From positions 224,001-288,000 of IMG/VR virus record IMGVR_UViG_3300028805_000037: a stretch of DNA of 64,000 bases. One strand, given 5' to 3'. Of the stretch, positions 29,723 through 39,852 are shown piece after piece (the first letter of the stretch is position 1; each line of letters opens with the position of its first letter). The notes beneath the pieces are model-generated. The model saw only the letters and a program-made list of their open reading frames with translations. It was not told the origin of the DNA and searched no databases. The position numbers and the translations under genes are program-made. The stretch comes from a virus. Taxonomy: Duplodnaviria > Caudoviricetes.

Positions 29723-30034
29723 ATGACTAAATAGGTAATAAAGAAAAAAGCATTTCTTGGTGATGAATTACCTATGCCTATACCTAATTCAATAGTAGGT
29801 TTATTAATTAGGTGTAATAAATATGATGGCAATAGATATACTAATATAGAATTAGCTGGTTATTTTGATAACAATAAAGGTAAAAGATATTATAATGATA
29901 AAATATCTAATGAAGAATTACAAAGTTTTAAAAAACAAGTTTTAAATGAATTAAAACCATTAGTAGATCAAATTGGAGAAAAATTTGATGAATTAGTTAG
30001 AGCAAAAGGTTTTATAACAAAAGATGAAGATTAA
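29723..30034 (+). pseudogene. Leader-bearing gene with TAG at the conserved Trp codon
   Basis: AAGGAG then ATG ACT AAA TAG GTA ATA AAG AAA AAA GCA, in frame with ORF 29774..30034. Confidence 0.65.
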
Positions 30035-30067
30035 ATAAAATTAGTTGTGAAGATATATAAAAATATC

Positions 30068-30115
30068 AAAAATAGGTTAACTTAAAATCATTTTAGTTAA
30101 CCTATTTTTATTTTT
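30068..30115 (+). terminator. Intrinsic terminator-like hairpin
   Basis: AAAAATAGGTTAACT...AGTTAACCTATTTTT plus T tract. Confidence 0.65.
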
Positions 30116-30175
30116 AATTTAAATTTAAAAATTGATGCCCACTTTGGGCTAATTCTATTAAAAGGAGTAATCAAA

Positions 30176-31774
30176 ATGGCAGAAGAATTAAAAAAGAAAC
30201 TGAAAGCCGAAGAAGAAAATATTGATGAAACAAAGAAAAATGAAGAAAAGAAAAATGATGAAAAAGATATTAAAACTGAAGCTGAAACAGTTGAAACAAA
30301 AGTAGAAGACAAAAAAGATGAAGATACAGATGTAGAGAATACAATAGTATTAGATTCTGGTGCAGTTGTAGATGAAAATGAACAACCTGAAGAAACAGAA
30401 GATTTAGTAACTATTACGAAAGATGATGGTACTAAAATTTATGTTGATAAAGTTGAAGCTGAAACTGAAGATGAAAAGAAAGATATTTATGAAGCCATTG
30501 TATCAGCAGATGAAGCAGATGATGGTATGGCTGAATCAGTAGAAATTGGTGAAGAAATGTCTGATGAAATTAATGAAGGAGCTGATGTTGAAGCACCTGT
30601 TGTAGAAGATGAAGAAATTGAAGAGGCTTCTTATATTGGTGCAGCTTGCAATTCACATAAAGCTTCATTAAATAATTCTTATTTCATATTTAGAACTAAA
30701 GCTGGCAAAATATTAGCAGTTAAAGCCGGTAAATTACTTTCTAAACAGTTGAAGGCATCTTTACTTAGTAAAATAATTAGAAAGCAAGAGCTTCCTTCTC
30801 AAGAGACAGTTGTAAGTAAAATACTTGCTAAAATTGGTACAAGATTTTCTGATGTTAAAAGATATGTTAAAAAATTAGCATCTTTGGAAAAAGCAAATAT
30901 TACTAAAAAAGCTTCTATTACTTTACCTAAAATAGGAGATGAAGTTGAAATGAATGGCAAAACATTTAAAATTGTAGCTTCTAAGAAAGATGAAGTTATA
31001 CTTAATAATGGTAAACATCTTAAAGCAGCAGATTTAGCAACATCTGATACTAAAGATATTGAAGGTGATTCAAAACAGACTGTAGATAAAGATAAACAAT
31101 TAGAAACATTTTCTATAGATGAAAAAGATATAGAAGATTCTAATTATGAATCTACAATGGCTATTGATGGCAAAGAAGCAGATAAAGCTGATGAAGATGA
31201 TGTTAAAGCAGCAAAATCTAAAGTTAAAAATTTCTATAGTAGATTACCTGGTAAATCTGGTGTTGGTGGAGATCCTGATTGGGCACTTAAAGATTTTAAT
31301 TCATTAAGAAATAAAACAGTTGCTTCTCAAATTAAATCAATAAGAGAATTAACAAAACAACTCAGAGCAAAACAAGAAGAGATTGAAGCTAAAGAAAAAG
31401 AAAATAAAGAACTTCAAGCAAAATTGAATACAATTGAAGAATCTAAAAAATCAATGGAAAAACATGCTAAAATAACAAAAATATTGAAAGCAATGAACAT
31501 TGAAGATCCACAACAAAAATTTGTTATGGAAAAGAAATTTGCATCATTTAATGACAATCAATTAAATGCAGTATATGAAACATTAACAACAAATGTTGAT
31601 GCTGAAACAGACTCATATAACGAAAAAATGATAAATGAAGGAATGAATAAAGAAGCAAGTTTTTCAGCAGAAAGAATACCGGCATTTAATTTAAAAGATG
31701 AGCAGATAACAAGTGGTGAAGTTGATTACGTTTCATACTTGGCAGAAAGAGAAGAAAGAGAATTAAATAAGTAA
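30176..31774 (+). CDS. Probable head scaffolding/core protein
   Basis: Acidic N-terminus, C-terminal coiled coil, many xxAS sites, directly upstream of decoration and capsid genes. Confidence 0.6.
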   Translation: MAEELKKKLKAEEENIDETKKNEEKKNDEKDIKTEAETVETKVEDKKDEDTDVENTIVLDSGAVVDENEQPEETEDLVTITKDDGTKIYVDKVEAETEDEKKDIYEAIVSADEADDGMAESVEIGEEMSDEINEGADVEAPVVEDEEIEEASYIGAACNSHKASLNNSYFIFRTKAGKILAVKAGKLLSKQLKASLLSKIIRKQELPSQETVVSKILAKIGTRFSDVKRYVKKLASLEKANITKKASITLPKIGDEVEMNGKTFKIVASKKDEVILNNGKHLKAADLATSDTKDIEGDSKQTVDKDKQLETFSIDEKDIEDSNYESTMAIDGKEADKADEDDVKAAKSKVKNFYSRLPGKSGVGGDPDWALKDFNSLRNKTVASQIKSIRELTKQLRAKQEEIEAKEKENKELQAKLNTIEESKKSMEKHAKITKILKAMNIEDPQQKFVMEKKFASFNDNQLNAVYETLTTNVDAETDSYNEKMINEGMNKEASFSAERIPAFNLKDEQITSGEVDYVSYLAEREERELNK

Positions 31775-31825
31775 TCAAAAATGTAGTAAATGTAGTAAAT
31801 AAATTTAAAAAGGAGTATTACAAAA

Positions 31826-32602
31826 ATGTTAAACAGAGATTTTAATGCATTGACAGTAATAGGTGATTGTGATTTAGCAGTAATGAATATATATCAAGGA
31901 TCACCTTTGACTTTAGGAGTAAATGGTTATAAAAAAGCAACAAAAACAGATAAACTTGCAGGTTTTTCTTTCAACTATTATAATCAGTATAGAAATGATG
32001 TAACTGGTGGAGAATTCTTTGCAAATTCTGGAAAAGTTGGTATAGTAAAAGTTGGACAGGTTACTTTTGATAAAGATGTTTATCAGAATGCTGGTAACAT
32101 AAATGCAAAAGTATATTTTGCAGTAACAGCAGCAAATGGTGCTACGGCTGGTACAGCAGTAGTAACAATTGAAGGTGTTTCTGGTTCTTCTGCAACTATA
32201 GCAGCAAATGCAACAAAAGAAGCAGTAGCAGCAGCTCTTGCAGCAGCAGCTCCTTCTGGCTGGGTTGGAACAGTTTCCAATGATGTAGCAATATTTACAA
32301 AAGTTGCTTCTGAAGCTATGGCTTCTACTGATGCAGCAGATAATAAAGTAGTTGTAACAACTGCTGATGCAACTGTATCTAGTGCAACAATTGAAGATTT
32401 TAAACCGGCTGGATCATTATTTAATGTATTTCCGTATGATGAAACAAGAACATATAATGTAAATGATACACTTTATGTTGATGAAAATGGTATACTTACA
32501 AATGATTCTTCTGCAGCTAGTACAGCTAATGAAGCTGGAACAGTTATAGTTCCTCCTACGGCAACAAAATCGGCAATGACAGTATATGTAAATATAAAGT
32601 AA
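31826..32602 (+). CDS. Probable capsid decoration/cement protein with Ala/Thr-rich inserted domain
   Basis: SGKVGIV...YNVNDTLYVDENGILT..AGTVIVPP pattern; lies between scaffold and capsid genes. Confidence 0.55.
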   Translation: MLNRDFNALTVIGDCDLAVMNIYQGSPLTLGVNGYKKATKTDKLAGFSFNYYNQYRNDVTGGEFFANSGKVGIVKVGQVTFDKDVYQNAGNINAKVYFAVTAANGATAGTAVVTIEGVSGSSATIAANATKEAVAAALAAAAPSGWVGTVSNDVAIFTKVASEAMASTDAADNKVVVTTADATVSSATIEDFKPAGSLFNVFPYDETRTYNVNDTLYVDENGILTNDSSAASTANEAGTVIVPPTATKSAMTVYVNIK

Positions 32603-32679
32603 TTTAAAATGTTTTTAAATAGGATGAATTTCCTATTTAAAAACACAATTTGAAAGAAATAAAAAGGAGATAAAATAAA

Positions 32680-33609
32680 ATGACTAACAATGATATATTA
32701 AGACAATTAGCTGAAGCTTTACAGTCTACAGCTATAAAAAAGACTGCTTCTAAAAATGAAGGTCCGTCAGTAGAACAAATGAATGCAGATTTTGCAAAAT
32801 ATTTGAATGCTGGTGATTTTGGTAGAAAAAAAGCTGCTGTAGCTTTTGACAAACCTTTGAAAATGAAAGTTGCTTATGAAGCAATTCTTCCTAAAATTTT
32901 CAAAGAAGATAATATAGCAAATTCAGTTGCTTGGGCAGATGTTGAATTTCCTGAAATTGGAGCTGTAGTTGTTCCTTTCAGAGGAGCTCCTGCAAGAATC
33001 GAAAGAGGTACTGCAAGAGTATTTTATAAAACTTATACAGTATCTGCTGCTTGGGATGTATTTTATGATGACGTTTTCACAGCAGCTTATTCAGTATTAG
33101 ATGAAGCTAAAAATAAAGTTGCTATTGGTCTTGCAATACAGATTGATACAGATTTGTTTAAAGCTTTGAATGCAGCAGCATCTACTGGAGTATATCCGGA
33201 TTTAGCAGTTTCAACAATGTCACTTTCCGTTATTAACTCTATTAGAGGCGAAATGATGGAATTTGATTTGATTGCAACAGCAATGTTATTGAATCCGAAA
33301 AGATATTATGAAATGTTAGATGTTACACCTAACCAAGTTGATCAGGTTACTTTGAACACAGTTATAGAAACTGGTTATATTGCTCAGCTCTATGGAGTAA
33401 AATTCTTTGTTTCTAAACTTTGTCCGAAAAATGCTGGTTTTGTAATCACAGCACCTGAATATATTGGTAAATGTGTATTTAGACAATCACAACAGATTAA
33501 AATTACTGATATACCTTGGGAATTAAAATATGTTGTAGTAGGATATCAAAATTATGGATTAACGCTTCATAATCCTAGATCAGTAAGAAAAGTTAACTTT
33601 ATTGGTTAA
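32680..33609 (+). CDS. Major capsid protein (HK97-fold likely)
   Basis: 309 aa; N-terminal IKKTA|S site; EAK..VA..L....D..LF.AL, LLNP.RY, G.I.QLYGVKFFVS; strong terminator after. Confidence 0.75.
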   Translation: MTNNDILRQLAEALQSTAIKKTASKNEGPSVEQMNADFAKYLNAGDFGRKKAAVAFDKPLKMKVAYEAILPKIFKEDNIANSVAWADVEFPEIGAVVVPFRGAPARIERGTARVFYKTYTVSAAWDVFYDDVFTAAYSVLDEAKNKVAIGLAIQIDTDLFKALNAAASTGVYPDLAVSTMSLSVINSIRGEMMEFDLIATAMLLNPKRYYEMLDVTPNQVDQVTLNTVIETGYIAQLYGVKFFVSKLCPKNAGFVITAPEYIGKCVFRQSQQIKITDIPWELKYVVVGYQNYGLTLHNPRSVRKVNFIG

Positions 33610-33637
33610 TTAAATAAAGTTTAATTTTTAAATATAG

Positions 33638-33672
33638 ACGAAAGTAAAAATTTATTTTACTTTCGTTTTTTT
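33638..33672 (+). terminator. Intrinsic terminator after the capsid gene
   Basis: ACGAAAGTAAAA-ATTTA-TTTTACTTTCGT plus T tract. Confidence 0.8.
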
Positions 33673-33698
33673 ATTTTATATAATTAATTTAAATTTAA

Positions 33699-33828
33699 AA
33701 GGTATTGGAAACACCTTGACTAGTTTAAATAAGAATATTATATTTTTTATATAATATATAATTATAGTTTATAGAATCTAGTCAAAGTTTCCAGCTTTAA
33801 ATTAAAATTCTATAAACTATTTTTATTT
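33699..33828 (+). ncRNA. Nuclease-associated structured element, copy 1
   Basis: A TGGAAAC 33706-12 with A' 33787-93; B TTGACTAG 33716-23 with B' 33778-85; C 33764-77 with C' 33807-20 (14 bp). Confidence 0.65.
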
Positions 33829-33841
33829 ATGGAGATATAAT

Positions 33842-35710
33842 ATGAATTTAGATAAATTAAAAAAAATTATTAATGATGAAAATTTTAAAAAAATTAATAT
33901 TAAATGTAAATTTCCTAAAATGAATAAAAATAATATTAATATATTTAAAATAATAATGCAGAAATATGATAATATAAATCAAGATGATATTATAAATATA
34001 TTTATAAATAAAAATATAAATAATTGTATATGTAAATGTGGTAATTTTAAACATGCAAAACAAAATTTTTGTTCAACAAAATGTTATTATTTTAAACAAT
34101 ATTTAAAACAAAGGCAAGAACAGGGATGTTTAGAAAAATATGGTGTAAAAAATGTATTTCAAAATAAAGATATAATTAATAAAATAACTAATAAAAGAAT
34201 TAATAAAACAAAAGAAGAAAAGCAAAAAATAGCAGATAAAAAACATCAAACTAAATTAAATAATATAGATGAAAATGGTTTAAATTCATATCAAAGAGGT
34301 GTAAAACATAGCAAAGAAACTTGTTTAATTAAATATAATATTGATAGTTATTCAAAAACTCAAGAATATAAAAATAAAATGCATGAAACATATAATAATA
34401 AAACAAATGAAGAAATGAATAATATTTTAGAAAAAAGAAAACAAACATGCCAAGAAAAATATAATGTAGACAATGTATGGCAATCTGAAAATGTTAAAGA
34501 TAAAATTAAAATTACTAATAAAACAAGATATAATGTTGAATTTTATACACAAACAGATGAATATAAAATTAAATCAAAAAATACTTGGAATAGCAAAACA
34601 CAAGATGAATTAGAAGAAATTAAACAAAAGGCAAAATTAACAAGAATACAAAATGGTAATCAATATCCTGATGGAATAACAAAAGAATTTCTAGATAATT
34701 GGGATAAAGATAGAAAACCTACACCACAAGATTTATTAGATTATTTTCATCAATATTATAATAAAAATACACATTTAACAAATATTTATCCACTTATTAT
34801 TAATAACAAAGAAGATTTTGAATTACAACAATCACGACTTGAATTAAAAGTTAAAGATTTTTTAGATAAATATAATTTAAAATATGAACAACATAATAGA
34901 AGAGTAATAAAGCCTCTAGAATTAGATTTTTACTTACCAGAATATAATTTAGCTTTAGAAGTAAATGATATTTTAACACATAATTCTACATTACATTTAT
35001 TTGGAGGACAACCTAAAGAATTAAATTATCATTTTAATAAAACAATGTTATGTAAAAAAGTAGGAGTAAGATTAATACATATATTTGAACCAATTTTAAA
35101 TAATGAAAAACAATGGGAAATTTTGCAAGATATTATTTTGCATGCTTGTGGAAAAAGTAAAAAGATATACGCACGTAATACTGAATTAATTGTGAAACCA
35201 GCTATTGAATTAAAACAATTTTTTAGAGATAATAATATACAAGGTTATCGTTCAGCAAATACAGCTTTTGTATTAATTGATAAAAATTCAAAAGAACCAT
35301 TAATGTGTTATACTATAGGGCAGGCATATTTTGGTAAAGGTAAATATGATGCTGAAATAGTTAGAGGAGCTTGTAAGTTAGGTTATTCAGTAATTGGTGG
35401 TGCAAGCAAATTATGGAAATTTATTATTAATTATTATAAAGATAAAGATTTATATGGAAATCCTGGCAGTATTAATTCTATAGTTTATTATGTTAATCTT
35501 AATTATTATGATGGTAAAAGTATGAATTTTTTAAATAATATTAAATTTATTAAAAATCAAAGAGGATTTTGGAATTATTGGGTAAAAGATAAAATTTTAA
35601 AAAATAGAGAACCAGGAAGACACAAAGAAATAAAAGATTTAATTAAAAAAGAACAAGTTTTAGTTATTGGAAATTCTGGAACTCAAGTAAATGTTTGGTC
35701 AAGAGAATAA
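33842..35710 (+). CDS. Free-standing homing-endonuclease-like protein (Zn finger, EKYGV repeats, Vsr-like PD-(D/E)XK, Hef-like C-terminal domain)
   Basis: CKCGN..FCSTKC; ELDFYLPEYNLALEVND..H; IYAR..NIQG..GGASKL. Confidence 0.75.
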   Translation: MNLDKLKKIINDENFKKINIKCKFPKMNKNNINIFKIIMQKYDNINQDDIINIFINKNINNCICKCGNFKHAKQNFCSTKCYYFKQYLKQRQEQGCLEKYGVKNVFQNKDIINKITNKRINKTKEEKQKIADKKHQTKLNNIDENGLNSYQRGVKHSKETCLIKYNIDSYSKTQEYKNKMHETYNNKTNEEMNNILEKRKQTCQEKYNVDNVWQSENVKDKIKITNKTRYNVEFYTQTDEYKIKSKNTWNSKTQDELEEIKQKAKLTRIQNGNQYPDGITKEFLDNWDKDRKPTPQDLLDYFHQYYNKNTHLTNIYPLIINNKEDFELQQSRLELKVKDFLDKYNLKYEQHNRRVIKPLELDFYLPEYNLALEVNDILTHNSTLHLFGGQPKELNYHFNKTMLCKKVGVRLIHIFEPILNNEKQWEILQDIILHACGKSKKIYARNTELIVKPAIELKQFFRDNNIQGYRSANTAFVLIDKNSKEPLMCYTIGQAYFGKGKYDAEIVRGACKLGYSVIGGASKLWKFIINYYKDKDLYGNPGSINSIVYYVNLNYYDGKSMNFLNNIKFIKNQRGFWNYWVKDKILKNREPGRHKEIKDLIKKEQVLVIGNSGTQVNVWSRE

Positions 35711-35803
35711 AACAGGTTTATTTAAAAAGAAATATGGAGTACAATTGTATAACGAATATTCACTATAAAATTTAAATTTAAAATAAGTTTATAAGGTGAA
35801 ATT

Positions 35804-36586
35804 ATGAGTATAAATATAACTTGGACACTTCCATATTCTATATTACAAAATCCTAATTATACAAAGATAGATATTTATCGTGGTAATGATGAGAATAAAA
35901 TTGAGTCATATCATATTATTGCTACTCTTGATAGATGGGTAGATAATGACTATGAAAAAGAAGTAACATCATATACTGATCCTTCTGGTAATAATCAAAA
36001 ATTTTATTTTGTTAAATATACTAATAATAATGGTACATTAGTATCAAATATGTTATTAACAGCTTTTGATTTAAGTCCTAAGCAACAACGCTGGGTAAAT
36101 AGTTTAAGAGATATGTTAGATCCTATTATAACAAGTAAAATTCTTGATGATGGCACAATGCAACCATTAAGTGATACTGATTTATTTTTAGGTATTAATA
36201 TGGCACTTGATTATTTTAATAATTATAGTCCAGTAACTGATTTTACTTATGCTACATTTCCTAAAGGTGGAGGATATGAATTTATTATATTATTATTTGC
36301 ACAATACTTCACTATTATGAATAAATTTATAGGTTTATCAATCCGTGATTTCAGTTATTCTGATAATGGTTTATCTTTAAACCAGCAATTTACTCCAGCA
36401 TTAACTACTGCTATGGATAAAATATTAGGTATATTAAATCCATTAATGCAGAAAGTTAAAATGGATTTCAGTATTGATTCTAGTGCAACTTTAGGTTCAA
36501 CAATGTATGCGGTGGGGCTAAATGGAAGGATGGGTCAGTACCCGGCTGAAGTTTTTTCAATATTTCGTTCACTTACTACAAATTAA
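35804..36586 (+). CDS. Probable head completion/neck (head-tail adaptor) protein
   Basis: Ig/FN3-like N-terminus; ALDYFN..P.T.F...FP and FSYSDNGLSL patterns; late-promoter motif upstream. Confidence 0.5.
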   Translation: MSINITWTLPYSILQNPNYTKIDIYRGNDENKIESYHIIATLDRWVDNDYEKEVTSYTDPSGNNQKFYFVKYTNNNGTLVSNMLLTAFDLSPKQQRWVNSLRDMLDPIITSKILDDGTMQPLSDTDLFLGINMALDYFNNYSPVTDFTYATFPKGGGYEFIILLFAQYFTIMNKFIGLSIRDFSYSDNGLSLNQQFTPALTTAMDKILGILNPLMQKVKMDFSIDSSATLGSTMYAVGLNGRMGQYPAEVFSIFRSLTTN

Positions 36587-36608
36587 AATTTAAATTTAAA
36601 ATATGTTA

Positions 36609-36740
36609 TAGGTAATACGAGCACCTAGAACCAGTTAAATATAAGATATTATATTTTTTATATAATATATAAATATAACCTATAGAATCTGGTTCAAAGC
36701 TCGTAACTTAAATCAAAAATTCTATAGGTTATATTATTAT
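36609..36740 (+). ncRNA. Nuclease-associated structured element, copy 2
   Basis: A TACGAGC 36616-22 with A' 36699-705; B TAGAACCAG 36626-34 with B' 36689-97 (one mismatch); C 36672-88 with C' 36719-35 (17 bp). Confidence 0.65.
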
Positions 36741-36755
36741 AAAGGAGATATAATA

Positions 36756-38432
36756 GTGAATAAAGAAGAAATACAAAAAATTTTTAATGAATATAAAGAT
36801 AGGATTATAATTCATAAAAATATAACATATTCTGGCAATTTAAAACAAAATATTTTATTGTTCAAAGAAATCAATACAAAATATCCTAATATTTTTAAAA
36901 ACATAACAGAAATTATTTATTTAATGAATCATAGTATTGATGAAAAATTTTGTTATTGTGGAAATAAAAATAGTTTTAGAGGGTTAAAATATGGTTATGC
37001 TAAATATTGTAGTAATAAATGTGCTGCAAATAGTAAAGAATTTAAGCAACATTATGAAGATACATTATATAAACGATATGGTGTAAGAAAATTAAGTCAT
37101 ACTAGCTTTATGCAAGAAAAATTTAAAGATCCGGAATGGGGTAAAAAATGTAGGCAAAATCAATTAAAAACATTTCAAAAAAGAACTGGTTATTTACATC
37201 CAAGTTTATGCCCAGAAAGTAATGAAAAAAGAAAGAAAACTATGCAAGAAAGATATAATGTAGATCATCATTGGATGAGTAAAGATCCTAAATTAAATGG
37301 AAGTAAAACAAGATTAGAAAAATATGGTTATTATAATTCTTTTAATATGCCAGAAGTTAAACAAAAAGCTATAATTGCAAGAAAAAATCCACAATGGATT
37401 GAAAAAGTTTTAATAACTCGTAATAAAAATAAAAAAATAATATTTGAAAAAAAGCATAAACATTTTGAAGATTATAATGAAAAATTTTTTAGAGATAATT
37501 TTATAAAAGATGGTAAATTTGATATAAAAGCTTGTTGTGATTATTTTAATATAATTGAATCTTGGTGTAATTGCAAAAAGCGTGAATTTAATATAATTGA
37601 ACCAAATAAAAATGAGCAAAATTTTAAATTACAAAAAGAAGTTTTTGATTATATAAAATCTATATATAATGGTGAAATTTTATTTAATACACATAAATTT
37701 ATTTATCCTTTAGAAATAGATATTTATATTCCAGAAAAGAAAATTGGTATAGAATTTAATGGTGTTTATTGGCATTCAATACGTTATAAAGATAAAGATT
37801 ATCATTATAAAAAGTCATTATTAGCTAAAGAAAAAGATATAGAATTAATTCATATTTGGGAAGATCAATGGTTATATCAAAAAGATTTAATTAAATCAAT
37901 AATTAAAGTAAGATTAGGATTAAATACAAATAAAATTTTTGCAAGAAAATGTATTATAAAAGAAATTACTACACAACAATATAAAGATTTTACAAATAAA
38001 AATCATATACAAGGCTATAGGAAAGCTTCTATTAAATTAGGTTTATTTTATAATGATGAATTAGTACAAATAGCATCATTTAGCAAATCAAATAAATATG
38101 ATTATGAATGGATAAGAGGATGTCCAGCATCATTAAATGTTGTTGTTGGTGGGACATCAAAGTTATTTAATTATTTTATTAAAAATTTTAAACCAAAATC
38201 TGTCTTATGTTATGCGGATTTTAATCTTTTTAATGGGCAAGGCTATAGACAATGTGGCTTTCAATTTAACGGTTATACTGGGCCGAATAAATTTTATTTT
38301 GATTCAGAATTAAAAAGAATCGAAAGAAACCCACACAGATATAAAGAATTTAAACAATTAGTAGAAAATAATCAACTATTATTATGTTATGGTTGTGGTA
38401 GTTTGCGTTATATTTGGTTCAATAAAATTTAA
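36756..38432 (+). CDS. Free-standing Hef-like homing-endonuclease-like protein
   Basis: CYCGN..YCSNKC; EIDIYIPEKKIGIEFNGVYWHS; IFARKC..NHIQG..GGTSKL..YAD. Confidence 0.78.
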   Translation: MNKEEIQKIFNEYKDRIIIHKNITYSGNLKQNILLFKEINTKYPNIFKNITEIIYLMNHSIDEKFCYCGNKNSFRGLKYGYAKYCSNKCAANSKEFKQHYEDTLYKRYGVRKLSHTSFMQEKFKDPEWGKKCRQNQLKTFQKRTGYLHPSLCPESNEKRKKTMQERYNVDHHWMSKDPKLNGSKTRLEKYGYYNSFNMPEVKQKAIIARKNPQWIEKVLITRNKNKKIIFEKKHKHFEDYNEKFFRDNFIKDGKFDIKACCDYFNIIESWCNCKKREFNIIEPNKNEQNFKLQKEVFDYIKSIYNGEILFNTHKFIYPLEIDIYIPEKKIGIEFNGVYWHSIRYKDKDYHYKKSLLAKEKDIELIHIWEDQWLYQKDLIKSIIKVRLGLNTNKIFARKCIIKEITTQQYKDFTNKNHIQGYRKASIKLGLFYNDELVQIASFSKSNKYDYEWIRGCPASLNVVVGGTSKLFNYFIKNFKPKSVLCYADFNLFNGQGYRQCGFQFNGYTGPNKFYFDSELKRIERNPHRYKEFKQLVENNQLLLCYGCGSLRYIWFNKI

Positions 38433-38439
38433 ATTTAAA

Positions 38440-38570
38440 AAGGTATTGAGAACACCTTGAACCAGTTTAAATAAAGATATTATATTAGTACAGTATATAG
38501 ATGTGGCCTATAAAATCTGGTTCAAAGTTCTCAAAGCTTAATCAAAAATTTTATAGGCTACTTTTATTTT
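38440..38570 (+). ncRNA. Nuclease-associated structured element, copy 3
   Basis: A TTGAGAAC 38446-53 with A' 38527-34; B TTGAACCAG 38457-65 with B' 38517-25; C 38503-16 with C' 38548-61 (one G-U). Confidence 0.65.
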
Positions 38571-38583
38571 GTGAGTATAATAT

Positions 38584-39852
38584 ATGAATTATATTAATAT
38601 AATAAAACAATTAAAAAAAGAGTCACTAATAATATCTGGCAAAACGCCATATCAATTTCAAATAAATAAAGATATATTTCAAAAATATAAAGATTATTTT
38701 ATTAATATTTCTGAAATGTTATATTGTTTTAAAAATGATAATATTTTAAATGAAATATTTTGTAAATGTGGAAATAAAAAGAATTTCATTAATATGACGA
38801 TTGGTTATACTAAATTTTGTTCAAAAGAATGTAATTATAAATATAGAAATTTTGATTCACCATTCAAAAGAAAAGATGTACAAGAAAAATCTAGAAAAAC
38901 ATTTCAAATAAAATATAATAGTAATACATTTGCTGGCACAAAATTATTTAAAGAAAAATCAAAATTAACAAAATTAGAAAGATATAATGATGAAAATTAT
39001 AATAATAGCAAACAAGCAAATAAAACTAAATATGAACGTTATGAAAATCACGCCTATAATAAAAATAAATTTGAACAATCAATGTTAGAAATTTATGGTG
39101 TTACACATCATTGGAAAGATAAAAATGTAAGAAAACAAATTATAAACACTATGTTAAATAATATAGATGAAAATGGATTAAATAGCATTCAAAGAAGAAA
39201 ATTAAAAATAGAACAAACAAATTTAGAAAAATATGGAGTTAAATGTAGTTTTTCAAGCAAAGATCCAGAAATAAATGGTAGAGCATCTATAAAAAGAAAA
39301 TATGGTGTAGAATCTTTTTGGAGTTCACAACAATTTAAAGATCTTTATAAAGATGAAGAATATAAAAATAAAGTACAAGAAAAAGCTATTCAAACTAGAT
39401 TACATGATATAGATGAAAATGGTTTAAATAGTTATCAAAGAAGTGCAATAAAACGTTTTGAAACAATGAAAAAAAATAATTCTTTTAATACATCTCAGCC
39501 AGAAGAAGAATGTTATCAATTACTTTTAAAAAAGTTTAGTAAAGATGATATAGAAAGGCAATATAAATCTCAATCATATCCTTTTCATTGCGATTTTTAT
39601 ATTAAATCTCTAGATTTATATATAGAATACCATGGAACTTGGACGCATCAATTTAAACCATTTAAACATTCAGTAGAAGATTTGCAAAAATTAAAAGAAT
39701 TACAAAATAAAAATACAAAATATTATAATACTTCAATTGAAATTTGGACAAAAATTGATCCATTAAAATTACAAACATTTAAAAAGAATAAACTTAATTT
39801 TAAAATATTTTATAATATAGAACAATTTAAAAATTGGTTCAATAAAATTTAA
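38584..39852 (+). CDS. Free-standing homing-endonuclease-like protein (Zn finger, EKYGV repeats, PD-(D/E)XK; no Hef C-terminal domain)
   Basis: CKCGN..FCSKEC; SQPEE, YPFHCDFYIKSLDLYIEYHGTWTH. Confidence 0.75.
   Translation: MNYINIIKQLKKESLIISGKTPYQFQINKDIFQKYKDYFINISEMLYCFKNDNILNEIFCKCGNKKNFINMTIGYTKFCSKECNYKYRNFDSPFKRKDVQEKSRKTFQIKYNSNTFAGTKLFKEKSKLTKLERYNDENYNNSKQANKTKYERYENHAYNKNKFEQSMLEIYGVTHHWKDKNVRKQIINTMLNNIDENGLNSIQRRKLKIEQTNLEKYGVKCSFSSKDPEINGRASIKRKYGVESFWSSQQFKDLYKDEEYKNKVQEKAIQTRLHDIDENGLNSYQRSAIKRFETMKKNNSFNTSQPEEECYQLLLKKFSKDDIERQYKSQSYPFHCDFYIKSLDLYIEYHGTWTHQFKPFKHSVEDLQKLKELQNKNTKYYNTSIEIWTKIDPLKLQTFKKNKLNFKIFYNIEQFKNWFNKI

Noticed and set aside
29732-29734. TAG stop-codon reassignment
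   Set aside because: TAG ends several intact genes (10284, 19131, 41668, 42280, 52724, 53288) and long genes read without internal TAG; the single case is better explained as TGG to TAG
33699-38570. CRISPR or TIGR-type array
   Set aside because: There are three dispersed copies, one per gene, rather than tandem repeat-spacer units; no cas or Nop-domain gene seen
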